DNA from: an uncultured Chloroflexia bacterium
Lineage (GTDB): Bacteria; Chloroflexota; Limnocylindria; Limnocylindrales; CSP1-4
NCBI GenBank assembly: GCA_963720755.1
Contig: CAVRGP010000002.1
Location: 352,001-416,000, forward strand
Reading direction: 5' to 3'
Length of the DNA: 64,000 nucleotides
Shown here: positions 10,812 to 19,954 of the stretch, piece after piece
Numbering within the stretch: position 1 is the first letter of the stretch
How the letters are laid out: each line of letters begins with the position of its first letter
The notes under the pieces: model-generated
What the model was told of the DNA's origin: nothing
What the model saw: the letters and a program-made list of their open reading frames with translations, nothing else
Databases searched by the model: none
Program-made: the position numbers and the translations under genes

Positions 10812-11672
10812 TCATCCCGCTTGCGGGGCGGCATCGCCCGGCTCGGCCAGGAAGCTGAGCAGCTCCCGGTTGACCTCCGCCGAGTGGGTCACGCACAACA
10901 CGTGCGGTCCACCGTCGATCTCGACGTACTTGGCGGCCGGGAGAGCGGCGTGCAGACGCCGGCCCTGGCCATCGATGGGCAGGATGCGGTCGGCGGTGCC
11001 GTGAATGATCAGCGTCGGCACGTCGACCCTGGTGATGTCACTGGTGAAGTCCTCCAACCAGCCTTGCGGGCAGGCCCATGTCGCGTACGGGGATGCCGTC
11101 GAGCCGGCGTTCCAGAGGGCCCGCACGGTGTCCTCGCTCACCCGCTTCCCCAGGTAATCCTCGAGGTTGAGGAAGTCGTTGAGCAGCCCGGTCCACCAGG
11201 CATAGCGATCGTCGAGGATGGCCTGCTGCACCCCCGCCACGCCGGCAGCGTCGACGCCCAGCGCGTTCCCGGTCGCCTTGGCGAACGACGGTGCCAGCGA
11301 CTCGATGAACACGCAGCTCCGCAGCCGGCCGGTGCCGTGGGCGCCGATGTAGCGGGCAAGTTCGCCGGTGCCCAGGGAGAAGCCGACCACTGTCGCGTCG
11401 TGCAGGTCCAGCTGAGTCATCAGCTGGTCGAGATCGGCTGCGAGGGTGTCGAAGTCGTAGCCGAAGGTGGGCCGGCTGGACCGACCGAAACCACGGCGAT
11501 CGTAGGTGATGACGCGGTACCCGGCGGCGAGCAGCGGATGGACCTGCAGCTCCCAGGACTGGCTGTCAACGGGCCACCCGTGCAGCAGAACAACGGGCCG
11601 GCCGCTGCCATGATCTTCGATGGACAGCTCGATGGGCCATGAATTTTCATGGCCGACGGTGATGGTTCCCAT
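10812..11672 (-). CDS. Non-heme haloperoxidase/perhydrolase (BPO-A2/CPO-like)
   Basis: ITVGHENS..I.L..EDHGSG.PVVLLHGWP, YDRRGFG, GFSLGTGE, HGTADRILP, DGGPH; GAGGAGG RBS. Confidence 0.88.
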   Translation of the reverse strand: MGTITVGHENSWPIELSIEDHGSGRPVVLLHGWPVDSQSWELQVHPLLAAGYRVITYDRRGFGRSSRPTFGYDFDTLAADLDQLMTQLDLHDATVVGFSLGTGELARYIGAHGTGRLRSCVFIESLAPSFAKATGNALGVDAAGVAGVQQAILDDRYAWWTGLLNDFLNLEDYLGKRVSEDTVRALWNAGSTASPYATWACPQGWLEDFTSDITRVDVPTLIIHGTADRILPIDGQGRRLHAALPAAKYVEIDGGPHVLCVTHSAEVNRELLSFLAEPGDAAPQAG

Positions 11673-11753
11673 TCGGGGCCTCCTCGGGTCGGGGTGATGA
11701 TCCAAGGCTGCTGCTGGGCGGGCGACGGAACCAGACCCGTTGACCGGAGAACT

Positions 11754-11775
11754 GTTTCCGGCTAGCCCTACCCCC
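11754..11775. promoter_or_regulatory. 22-bp motif copy 1, GTTTCCGGCTAGCCCTACCCCC
   Basis: 21/22 identical to the copy at 12568; about 80 bp upstream of the haloperoxidase. Confidence 0.6.
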
Positions 11776-12445
11776 CTGGCGGGTTGTCCGCCCGGTCCGT
11801 TCCGGTGTCGTCGTCGGCCGGTTGACAGGACCGTCGCAGGTCGGCGTTCTCGGCGCGAAGCGCCTCGAGCTCCTGGCGCAGCGCGCCCAGGTGGGGTTCC
11901 AGTTCGGCGACGGTGTAGCGCGGAGTGATGTGCTGGGGACAATTCCAGTCGTAGGCATCAACGGTCACGATGACGCCGCGTTCGACGACGGCGTCAGCAT
12001 CGGGGACGGTCAATTCGGCCACCCGAGCCGGGTCGTCGCTGGCATGGATGACGGTGGCGTGCCCGAAGATCTTCAGCCGCCGTCGATGCGGGTAGTCCAT
12101 CAGGAACATGGCCACCCGGCTGTCGGTGGTCAGATTGCCGGTGCTGATGTATTGCAGATTGCCGCGATGGTCGGCCCACCCCACCGTGGTGTCGTCCAGC
12201 ACCCGCAGGAATCCCGGCGGCCCGCCGCGAAACTGCAGGTACGGCCAACCGGTGTCGCTGACCGTCGCCAGATAGAAGCTGTCCCGGCCCGCCAGGAATT
12301 CGCGGACGTCGGGCGTCATCGGATCCGGCCCCGTCGGTCCTCGGGTGCGCGCCTGGTGCCGGTCGTAGAAGTCCCGGCTGCCGTAGTGCTGCTGGACGGC
12401 CCGCACGGGGTCGGTGAACGCGATCTGACCGTAGTGTCCGCTCAT
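11768..12445 (-). CDS. Pyridoxamine 5'-phosphate oxidase-like FMN-binding protein
   Basis: SFYLATV..TGWPYLQFRGGPPGFL, GNLQYISTGN, DWNCPQHI, C-terminal coiled coil. Confidence 0.88.
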   Translation of the reverse strand: MSGHYGQIAFTDPVRAVQQHYGSRDFYDRHQARTRGPTGPDPMTPDVREFLAGRDSFYLATVSDTGWPYLQFRGGPPGFLRVLDDTTVGWADHRGNLQYISTGNLTTDSRVAMFLMDYPHRRRLKIFGHATVIHASDDPARVAELTVPDADAVVERGVIVTVDAYDWNCPQHITPRYTVAELEPHLGALRQELEALRAENADLRRSCQPADDDTGTDRADNPPGG

Positions 12446-12567
12446 GTCGTTGCCTGCCGCATCTCGATTCCTCACGCCATCGTCGGGCACCGGATGGTGC
12501 AAGTGACGGAAATGCCGGAATACTGTCGGTTGGAATCCGCTACCGCCAGCCCCGCCAGCTGGGAAAA

Positions 12568-12589
12568 GTTTCCGGGTAGCCCTACCCCC
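12568..12589. promoter_or_regulatory. 22-bp motif copy 2, GTTTCCGGGTAGCCCTACCCCC
   Basis: In the divergent promoter between the FMN-binding gene and the response regulators. Confidence 0.6.
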
Positions 12590-12620
12590 GGTGATGAGCG
12601 GGTGATGCGATCCTGACGGG

Positions 12621-12980
12621 ATGGCCCGCGCAGTGTTGATCGTTGACGACGATGCCGCCTTCGGCGACCTTGCCGCCAGGATCGTGACCGGTTGGGGCCA
12701 TCAGGTGGTCGGTCAGGCGGGCACGGTCGCCACCGCGCTGCTGAGCGCCGAGCAGTTGCGTCCTGATTTCGTGTTGGTCGACATCGGACTTCCGGACGGG
12801 GACGGGTTTTCGCTCGCCCAGCAGCTCGTGGCCATGCCGTGGCCGATGCGCGTCGTGCTCATCTCATCAGATTCCGACCCGTCGAACGCGTCCGCTGCCC
12901 GTCGGGCGGGCGCAGCCGGATTCATCCCCAAGGACGAACTGGCGAGCACCGAGTTGCGCAATTGCATCGAACAAGGATGA
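12621..12980 (+). CDS. Stand-alone receiver-domain response regulator
   Basis: VLIVDDD, LVDIGLPDGDG, LISS, FIPK; no output domain. Confidence 0.88.
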   Translation: MARAVLIVDDDAAFGDLAARIVTGWGHQVVGQAGTVATALLSAEQLRPDFVLVDIGLPDGDGFSLAQQLVAMPWPMRVVLISSDSDPSNASAARRAGAAGFIPKDELASTELRNCIEQG

Positions 12981-12986
12981 GGGCTG

Positions 12987-13673
12987 ATGGACGTCACGAC
13001 CCAGGTCACGTCGCCACTCCGGGTGATCATCGGAGAGGACGATGTTCTGCTGCGCGAGGGTATTTCGCGAATCCTGGTCGGTGCGGGGCTCGACGTGGTG
13101 GCGCAGGCGGGTGACGCCGACGAACTGCTGAGCAAATCCCTGGCATTTCGCCCGGACGTGACGATCGCCGACGTCCGGATGCCGCCCCGCCGCGAGGACG
13201 ACGGTCTGCAGGCCGCGATCGAAGTCCGTCGGCGGCTGCCCGGCACCGGTGTGCTGATCCTGTCCCAGTACTGCGAGCCGAGTTTCGCGATCGACCTGAT
13301 CGACAACGACCCGGCCGGTGTCGGCTACCTGCTCAAGGAACGGGTGGGCGACGTGCCGACCTTCATCGATGCCGTGCATCGGGTCGCCGCCGGCGGCAGC
13401 GCGCTGGACCCGGAGGTGATCACCGTGATGCTGGGGCGTCCGGCACCGGGTGATGCGTTGTCCCCGTTGACACCGCGGGAACGCGAGGTGTTGGCCGCGA
13501 TGGCCGAAGGCAGGTCCAACCTCGGCATCTCGCAGTCGCTGCTGGTCAGCCAGGCAGCCGTGGAGAAATACGTGACGTCCATCTTCCGCAAACTGGAGAT
13601 CCCGCCGGTGGGGACGGACCACCGCCGGGTACTGGCGGTGTTGTCGTACCTGCAGCACAAGGATGGACGATGA
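12987..13673 (+). CDS. NarL/LuxR-family response regulator
   Basis: GEDDVLLREG, DVRMPP, GYLLK, LTPREREVLAAMAEGRSN, DHRRVLAVL. Confidence 0.92.
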   Translation: MDVTTQVTSPLRVIIGEDDVLLREGISRILVGAGLDVVAQAGDADELLSKSLAFRPDVTIADVRMPPRREDDGLQAAIEVRRRLPGTGVLILSQYCEPSFAIDLIDNDPAGVGYLLKERVGDVPTFIDAVHRVAAGGSALDPEVITVMLGRPAPGDALSPLTPREREVLAAMAEGRSNLGISQSLLVSQAAVEKYVTSIFRKLEIPPVGTDHRRVLAVLSYLQHKDGR

Positions 13674-13744
13674 GTGCGCCTGCCACCGGCACGTCAACGC
13701 CGATGGTCCCGATCGCGCCGAGCACACAAGAAGGCGACCGGTGA
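13670..13744 (+). CDS. Putative 24-aa coupling peptide MSAPATGTSTPMVPIAPSTQEGDR
   Basis: ATGA overlap with the regulator stop and GTGA overlap with the kinase start. Confidence 0.35.
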   Translation: MSAPATGTSTPMVPIAPSTQEGDR

Positions 13745-16700
13745 GCACCCGCCGAAATCGAGCTCGGCCCGGCTCGCTGGTCGAGCGCCCGACGCCCCGT
13801 CCGCGCCGACCGAACGGCGTTGGTGCGGCGGAGGATTCGGCCCTGGCGCTGGCCGAGCAGTACTACTCCGCCATCAACGCGCGTGATCTTGACAACTGGG
13901 TCGAACTGCTGGACGAGGATGTGGAGGTGGTCGTCGACGCCGGTGTCCTGCGTGGCCGATTGGGTGCCCGCGCCTACCTCAACGGCGTCCTGCAGGCCTG
14001 TCCCGGTGTCGTGGTGGTTTCCCGCCGGGTGGTGGCCGCATCCCGGGACGCGGTGGTATCCGAGTTCCACCTGGCCAATCCGATGGCGGCAGTGGCGCCG
14101 AATCCCGCGGCGAGCGACGATCCGGCCCTGCCGTGGCGGCTGGACGGCGTGACCTGTGAGGTCCTGAGGTTGCGCGACAACAGGTTGGTGTCACTGCACA
14201 GCTACTACTCGCCGCGCCCGACCGACCGGACGCCGACCGCCGAGGTGCCGTCCCGGGCCGAGGCGGCCCGGATCGCCAACCGGCAGGCCGCCCTCGGCCA
14301 GGTAGCGACCCACGCCGCCGGTGGGGGGTCGGAGCGGGAACTGGTCACGGTGATCAATCAGGTCATCGCGGAGTTGGCGGGCGTCGACATCAGCCTGATG
14401 ATCCGGTTCGAAACCGTTGACTCTGCGGTGGTGCTCGCCGCGTCGGGTTGGGCCGACGCCCCCGACCTCGTGGGCAGCAGATTGCTCGTCGACGACAACC
14501 TTCGGGCGGTGCGGCATCTTGGCCGTGCGCAGCGCTTCGCCGCGCAGGCCTGGCCGTTGCGCGATCTGCTGGGCGGGGCGGTCGGCGGTGATGATCTTCG
14601 CTGGTACGTCGCCATCCCGATCTCCCTGCACGGAAGCATCTGGGGCGTCAGTGTTCTCGGCTCCACTCGCGAGGAGACCTTCAGCGACGGGGTGGAAGAG
14701 GGGATCGCGGCCTTCACCCAGTTGGTGACCTCGGTGCTGGCCAATGCGCGGGCCAACGACGAACTGCGCGAACGGGCCCGCGAGCAGGCGCAACTGCTGG
14801 AGGTGGCCGAGATCGCGGCCGGCGGGGCCGAGCCGGCGGAGGTCTTCGCTGCCATCACCCGTTCCGCGTCCGCCCTGGTCGACGGCGTCGCGACGATGTT
14901 GCTGAGGTTCGTCGACGAACAGTCGGCCGACATGCTCGCGGTGCACGGCTTCGACAGCGACATCCCGCCGGCCGGTCGGCGGGTCACCGTCGACCCGGAC
15001 GGAGTGGTGGCACAGGTGCAACGCACCGGTGAGACCGCACGGATCGACGACTATCGCCTGCCCCCGGGGAATCGGCTGGCGCTGCAGGTCGGCATCCGCG
15101 CGTCGGTGGGTGTGCCGGTCGCCGTCGGCGGCCGTCCCTGGGGCATCCTGCTGGCAAGTTCCGGCGAGGACCCGCTGCCGGCCACGGCCGAACATCGGCT
15201 GTCGCTGATCGCCGGAACCGGTGCCGCCGCAGTCGCGGGCGCCCAGGCCCGCGGCGAACTGCTCGCGCTGGCCAGGGAGCAGGCCGCATTGCGCCGGGTG
15301 GCCGAACTGGTCGCTCGGGGTATCAGCCAGGAACAGATCTTCGCGGCGCTCACCGCCGAGGCAACCAACCTGATCGATGAGGCCACCACCCTGATCCGGT
15401 TCGAGCACGAACGGAGTTTCACCGTCGTCGCCACCAGCGGCGGCCCGGATCCCGTCGGTACCCGGGTCGAGATCAGCGCCGACGAGCAGGGTCTGGTGGC
15501 GAAGATCCTGCGCACGCGGCGGCCGGCCCGGATCGACGCCGGTGAGCGGCCCGGACGGATCGACGGTCGCCAGGACGGCGAAGAACATGGCGGCACGTCG
15601 GCGGTGGGCGTACCCATCATGGTCGGTGCCCGGCTCTGGGGGGTGCTGGGCGCGTCGAGCACGGACCGTCGATTGGCGACCACGGTCGAGGACGGTCTGC
15701 TGCAGTTTGCCGGGACCATGGCTGCGGCGGTGGCCAACGGTGAGGCTCGCGGACAACTCCAGGATCTGGCAGACGAGCAGGCCGCGCTGCGCAGGGTGGC
15801 CGAACTCGCGGCCCGGGACGCCCAGGCGGCGGAGGTGCTGGCGGTCGTCGCCAAGGAGTCCTCCGTGCTGGCCGGCGTTGACTTCGGGATGGTGCTGAGC
15901 TACGACGATCCCGACGGCGGCAGCCGCATCGTGGCGCTGGACGGCGCGCCCGCCGAATTCGTCATCGGGATGCGTGCACCCGGAACGGGTGACGGTGCGG
16001 TACAACGGGTCTGGCGATCCGGCCGGGCGGCCCGGATCAACGATCTCAGCACCGTCGGTGGGCGCTGGCCGCGCATGGCGCACGCCCTCGGTTACACCAC
16101 CAGCGCCGGCGTGCCGATCGTCATCGGCGGCAAGGTCTGGGGTGCACTGATCGTGGTCGGACGGCATCGGGTTTTCACGGCCGACATCGAGGAGCACCTG
16201 ACGCACTTCGCCGAGCTGGCCGGGACCGCGATCGCCAGCACGGAAGCGCGCCAGAAGCTCCGGAACCTCGCGGACGAGCAGGCGGCACTTCGCCGGATCG
16301 CCGAGCTCGCCGCCCACGAGGCGCCGGCGGAAGAGGTCCTCGGGGCTGTCGCGGAGGAGGCGTCGACGCTGGCCGGTGTGGATTTCACCGCGATGCTGCG
16401 TTTCGAACCGGATGGCAGCACCTCGATCGTCGCCCTGGACGGCGCTCCGGACGGCATCGTCGTCGGCATGCGGGCGCCGGGGACCGGTGATGGTGCGACG
16501 CAACGGGTCTGGCGGACCCGCCGACCGGCCAGGATCGACGACCTCAGCCAGATGTCCGGCGTGTGGCCGAAACTGGCCGCCGCCAACGGGTTCGATGCCA
16601 GCGCGGCGGTGCCGGTCGTCATGCATGGGCGGTTGTGGGGGGTGCTGGTCGTGGTGGGACGGCTCGCGGCTTTCCCGCCGGCCATCGAAGAGCACCTGGG

Positions 16701-17883
16701 CAACTTCGCCGATCTGGCGGGTACCGCGGTCTCGGCCGCCGACGCGCGTCAGGAGCTCAGGCTGCTCGCCGACGAGCAGGCGGCGGTGCGCGGGGTGGCA
16801 GAACAGGTCGCCCGCGGCGCCACCCTCGACGAGGTTTTCGCCGCCGTCGCAGCGGAAACCTCCGCCCTGGTCAACGACCTGCCCACCGTGGTGGTGCGGT
16901 ATGACCAGGTCGCGGGCGAGGGCGCAGTCGCTGACGGAGTCGCGGTGGCGGTCGCCCGGGCGAATGACGCCACCCCGATCGGGCTGCCGTTGGTGATCGC
17001 CACGAACGATGACGTGCTGGGCGAACTCCGCCGGTCCGGGCGCGCCGTCCGCTTCGATACCGTCACCACCGTTGTCCCGGCGGGCTTTGCCACCGACTTG
17101 GCGGTCCGCGGCGGGGTCGCGGTGCCGGTCACCGTCGAGGGGCGCGTGTGGGGGGCGTTGGCCGTGGGCACGCCGGACCCGCCACTCGCCGCTGGGACCG
17201 AGGAGAGGCTGACGCCGTTCGCTGAACTGACCGCCGTCGCGATCGCCAACGCCGACAACAAGGCCAAGCTCACGGCGTCTCGCGCGCGCGTCATCGCCAC
17301 TGCGGACGAGACCCGGCGGCGGGTGCAACGCGACGTCCATGACGGCGCCCAGCAACGGCTCGTGCACACGATCATCGCGCTGAAGCTGGCCCGGGATGCG
17401 GTGCAGGCCGGCCAGTCGCCGGAGGATCTTCTGCACGAGGCGCTCAGCAATGCCGAGCGGGCCAGCAAGGAACTGCGGGACATCGTGCGCGGCATCCTGC
17501 CGGCGTCGCTGACCCGCGGCGGGTTGCACAGCGGCCTGGAGTCGATCGTGGCCGACCTTTCGCTGCCGGTCGAGCTTCGGGTCGACGCCCCCCGGTTGCC
17601 GGCGGACATCGAGACGACCGCCTACTTCATCGTGGCCGAGGCGATGACGAACGTCGTCAAGCACGCACAGGCCACCCGGGCGATCGTCGACGTCCACGTC
17701 GACCGCCGGACGCTGGTGATCGAGGTCAGCGACGACGGGATCGGGGGCGCCGACGCGGCGGGCGGTAGCGGCCTGACCGGGCTGCTCGACCGGGTGGAAG
17801 CCGGCAACGGGACGTTCGCGGTGATGAGCCGGCCGGGTGCCGGCACCATCATTCGCGCGACGTTGCCAGTGGCGAATCAGTAG
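13741..17883 (+). CDS. Soluble sensor histidine kinase: SnoaL-like domain + 6 GAF + HisKA_3 + HATPase
   Basis: Six ~165-aa repeats starting (E/R)QAALRRVAE-like; RDVHDGAQQRL H-box; EAMTNVVKHA, DDGIGG, GSGL; no TM seen; ORF open from 13663. Confidence 0.9.
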   Translation: MSTRRNRARPGSLVERPTPRPRRPNGVGAAEDSALALAEQYYSAINARDLDNWVELLDEDVEVVVDAGVLRGRLGARAYLNGVLQACPGVVVVSRRVVAASRDAVVSEFHLANPMAAVAPNPAASDDPALPWRLDGVTCEVLRLRDNRLVSLHSYYSPRPTDRTPTAEVPSRAEAARIANRQAALGQVATHAAGGGSERELVTVINQVIAELAGVDISLMIRFETVDSAVVLAASGWADAPDLVGSRLLVDDNLRAVRHLGRAQRFAAQAWPLRDLLGGAVGGDDLRWYVAIPISLHGSIWGVSVLGSTREETFSDGVEEGIAAFTQLVTSVLANARANDELRERAREQAQLLEVAEIAAGGAEPAEVFAAITRSASALVDGVATMLLRFVDEQSADMLAVHGFDSDIPPAGRRVTVDPDGVVAQVQRTGETARIDDYRLPPGNRLALQVGIRASVGVPVAVGGRPWGILLASSGEDPLPATAEHRLSLIAGTGAAAVAGAQARGELLALAREQAALRRVAELVARGISQEQIFAALTAEATNLIDEATTLIRFEHERSFTVVATSGGPDPVGTRVEISADEQGLVAKILRTRRPARIDAGERPGRIDGRQDGEEHGGTSAVGVPIMVGARLWGVLGASSTDRRLATTVEDGLLQFAGTMAAAVANGEARGQLQDLADEQAALRRVAELAARDAQAAEVLAVVAKESSVLAGVDFGMVLSYDDPDGGSRIVALDGAPAEFVIGMRAPGTGDGAVQRVWRSGRAARINDLSTVGGRWPRMAHALGYTTSAGVPIVIGGKVWGALIVVGRHRVFTADIEEHLTHFAELAGTAIASTEARQKLRNLADEQAALRRIAELAAHEAPAEEVLGAVAEEASTLAGVDFTAMLRFEPDGSTSIVALDGAPDGIVVGMRAPGTGDGATQRVWRTRRPARIDDLSQMSGVWPKLAAANGFDASAAVPVVMHGRLWGVLVVVGRLAAFPPAIEEHLGNFADLAGTAVSAADARQELRLLADEQAAVRGVAEQVARGATLDEVFAAVAAETSALVNDLPTVVVRYDQVAGEGAVADGVAVAVARANDATPIGLPLVIATNDDVLGELRRSGRAVRFDTVTTVVPAGFATDLAVRGGVAVPVTVEGRVWGALAVGTPDPPLAAGTEERLTPFAELTAVAIANADNKAKLTASRARVIATADETRRRVQRDVHDGAQQRLVHTIIALKLARDAVQAGQSPEDLLHEALSNAERASKELRDIVRGILPASLTRGGLHSGLESIVADLSLPVELRVDAPRLPADIETTAYFIVAEAMTNVVKHAQATRAIVDVHVDRRTLVIEVSDDGIGGADAAGGSGLTGLLDRVEAGNGTFAVMSRPGAGTIIRATLPVANQ

Positions 17884-17934
17884 TCAGGCGCGGAAGGTGA
17901 CCTGCCGTCGCGCGGCGGCGCGGTCGCGCCTGAC
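17883..17934. terminator. GC-rich hairpin between convergent genes
   Basis: GTCAGGCGCG...CGCGCCTGAC with an inner stem. Confidence 0.5.
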
Positions 17935-17960
17935 GTGAGGTGCGCCGGGTGACCTCGCGG

Positions 17961-19580
17961 TCAGCCGGCGACCCGGGCGATCGCCGGGTGACCCGGCGAG
18001 ACCTGGGTGGTGGACGGGGTGATGCCGGCCAGCTTCATCAGCTTGCGCAGATCGGCGGCCTGGTCGGGCAGCATGACGGTCACGACCGTGCCGCCGGCGC
18101 CGGCCCTGGCGGTGCGGCCCGAACGGTGCAGGTACGCCTTGTGCTCGGTCGGCGGATCCAGGTGCACAACCAGTTCGACGTCGTCGACATGGATGCCGCG
18201 GGCGGCGATGTCGGTGGCAACCAGCACCTTGGCGCTGCCGGAGGAGAACGCCGCGAGGTTGCGCTCGCGGGCGTTCTGCGACAGGTTGCCGTGCAAGTCG
18301 ACTGCCGGGATGCCCTGCTTGGTGAGCGCGGCGGCCCACTTCTTCGCGCTGTGCTTGGTGCGGGTGAACAGCATCCGGCGGCCGCCGCCCTGGGCGAGCT
18401 CGCGGATCACCTGCGGGCGGTTCTCGTTGCTGACAGCGAAGACATGGTGCTCCATGGTGTCGACCGGGGAGGTCTCGTCATCGACGGCGTGCAGGATCGG
18501 GTCGGTAAGGAATTCCTTGACCAGCACGGAGATCCCGTTGTCCAGCGTTGCGGAGAACAGCAGCCGCTGGCCGCGGGCCGGGGTGGTGCGCAGCAATCGG
18601 CGGACGACCGGCAGGAAGCCGAGGTCGGCCATGTGGTCGGCCTCGTCGAGCACAGTGACCTCGACGGTGCTGAGATCGCAGGCCTTTTGGTTCACCAGAT
18701 CCTCGAGCCGTCCCGGGCAGGCGATGACGATGTCGACACCGCTGCGTAGCGCGCTGGTCTGGTTGCCGTAGCCGACACCGCCGAAGATCACCACGGTGCG
18801 CAGGCCCGCGGCCTTGGCCAGCGGCTCGACGGTGCGGGCCACCTGCAGGGCGAGCTCTCGGGTGGGTAGCAGGATCAGGCCACGCGGCTTGCCGGCGACC
18901 CGGCGTCCGCCGGTGAGCCGGGTGACCAGCGGGATCGCGAAGGCGATGGTCTTACCGGAGCCGGTCTTGCCGCGGCCCAGCACATCCCGGCCTTCGAGGG
19001 TGTGCGGCAGGGTGGCTTCCTGGATCGGGAAGGGTGACACCGCACCGAGTGTCGTCAATACGGGCAGCAGTGAGGCGGGCACCCCGAGTTCGGCGAAACT
19101 CGCGGTCGGCTGGCCGGGGACGTTCGGGACGCGCTGTGCTGCAACGGGAAAGGCGGTGACGGTGGCCAGTGCGGGAGCCTGCCGGGCGGGAGCCTGCTTG
19201 GCTGGAGCCTGCCGGGCGGGAGCCTGCTGGCGGGGCGGATTCTGTCGGCCACCGTTGCCGCGCGACGTGTTCTGCACGGCCGGCCGAGGAGTCTCGGCGC
19301 CACGCTGGCGCCGGCGGCGTCCTTCGCCACCAACGGCGTTGCGGTTGGCCGCCGACGGAGAATCGTCGCGGCTCACCCGGTCGGCGGCGGTACGGGGGCG
19401 GTTGCCGGCGGCCCTGGGTGCGCTGTCGCGACCGGCGGGCGCGTCGCTGCTACGGATGCTGGAGGAGAAGGCGCCGACGGAAAATGCCCCCGTGGTGAAC
19501 GCGTCGTCCCGCGCCGGGGCGGGACGATCGGTCGAACGGGCGGGGGTATGCGGGCGCGACGAAGAGTTGGCAATGCTCAT
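17961..19580 (-). CDS. DEAD/DEAH-box RNA helicase with long disordered N-terminus
   Basis: GKTGSGKT, PTREL, LDEAD, SAT, ARGIH, HRSGRTAR. Confidence 0.93.
   Translation of the reverse strand: MSIANSSSRPHTPARSTDRPAPARDDAFTTGAFSVGAFSSSIRSSDAPAGRDSAPRAAGNRPRTAADRVSRDDSPSAANRNAVGGEGRRRRQRGAETPRPAVQNTSRGNGGRQNPPRQQAPARQAPAKQAPARQAPALATVTAFPVAAQRVPNVPGQPTASFAELGVPASLLPVLTTLGAVSPFPIQEATLPHTLEGRDVLGRGKTGSGKTIAFAIPLVTRLTGGRRVAGKPRGLILLPTRELALQVARTVEPLAKAAGLRTVVIFGGVGYGNQTSALRSGVDIVIACPGRLEDLVNQKACDLSTVEVTVLDEADHMADLGFLPVVRRLLRTTPARGQRLLFSATLDNGISVLVKEFLTDPILHAVDDETSPVDTMEHHVFAVSNENRPQVIRELAQGGGRRMLFTRTKHSAKKWAAALTKQGIPAVDLHGNLSQNARERNLAAFSSGSAKVLVATDIAARGIHVDDVELVVHLDPPTEHKAYLHRSGRTARAGAGGTVVTVMLPDQAADLRKLMKLAGITPSTTQVSPGHPAIARVAG
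19171..19229 (-). repeat. 15-bp coding tandem repeat (QAPA[R/K] x4)
   Basis: GGAGCCTG recurs every 15 bp. Confidence 0.7.
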
Positions 19581-19954
19581 GAAAAGTGAAGATCCTTACG
19601 GTCGGACAGGCGGGTGGCCGTGATGCTGACCGACTCGCGATGTCCGTGACACCCGCGTGGAGGCAGGAACGCCTTCGTTGGCATTCACAGCAGCGACCTC
19701 GACGGACACCAGGACGGTCCCGTCGTTGATCATCCTACGGGACCGTTCCCCATTCCCCGGCCGCAGTAGGCAACGTCACGTTCTGCCTCATCGCTGGCCC
19801 GCGCCGATCATCTTCCCCCCGCGCCGATCATCGTGGCCTGAATGTGGCTGGTGGGACAGAAGTCGACGACTTCAGCCGCGCCGGCCGATGATGATCGGCG
19901 CCGCCAACGGGGGGCCGAGGGGGCGAGGGGGCGGGGCGGCGGGGCAACGCGTGG

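Noticed and set aside
14191-17697. 1168-aa antisense ORF and many similar long shadow ORFs
   Set aside because: Expected in high-GC DNA opposite real genes; no recognisable motifs
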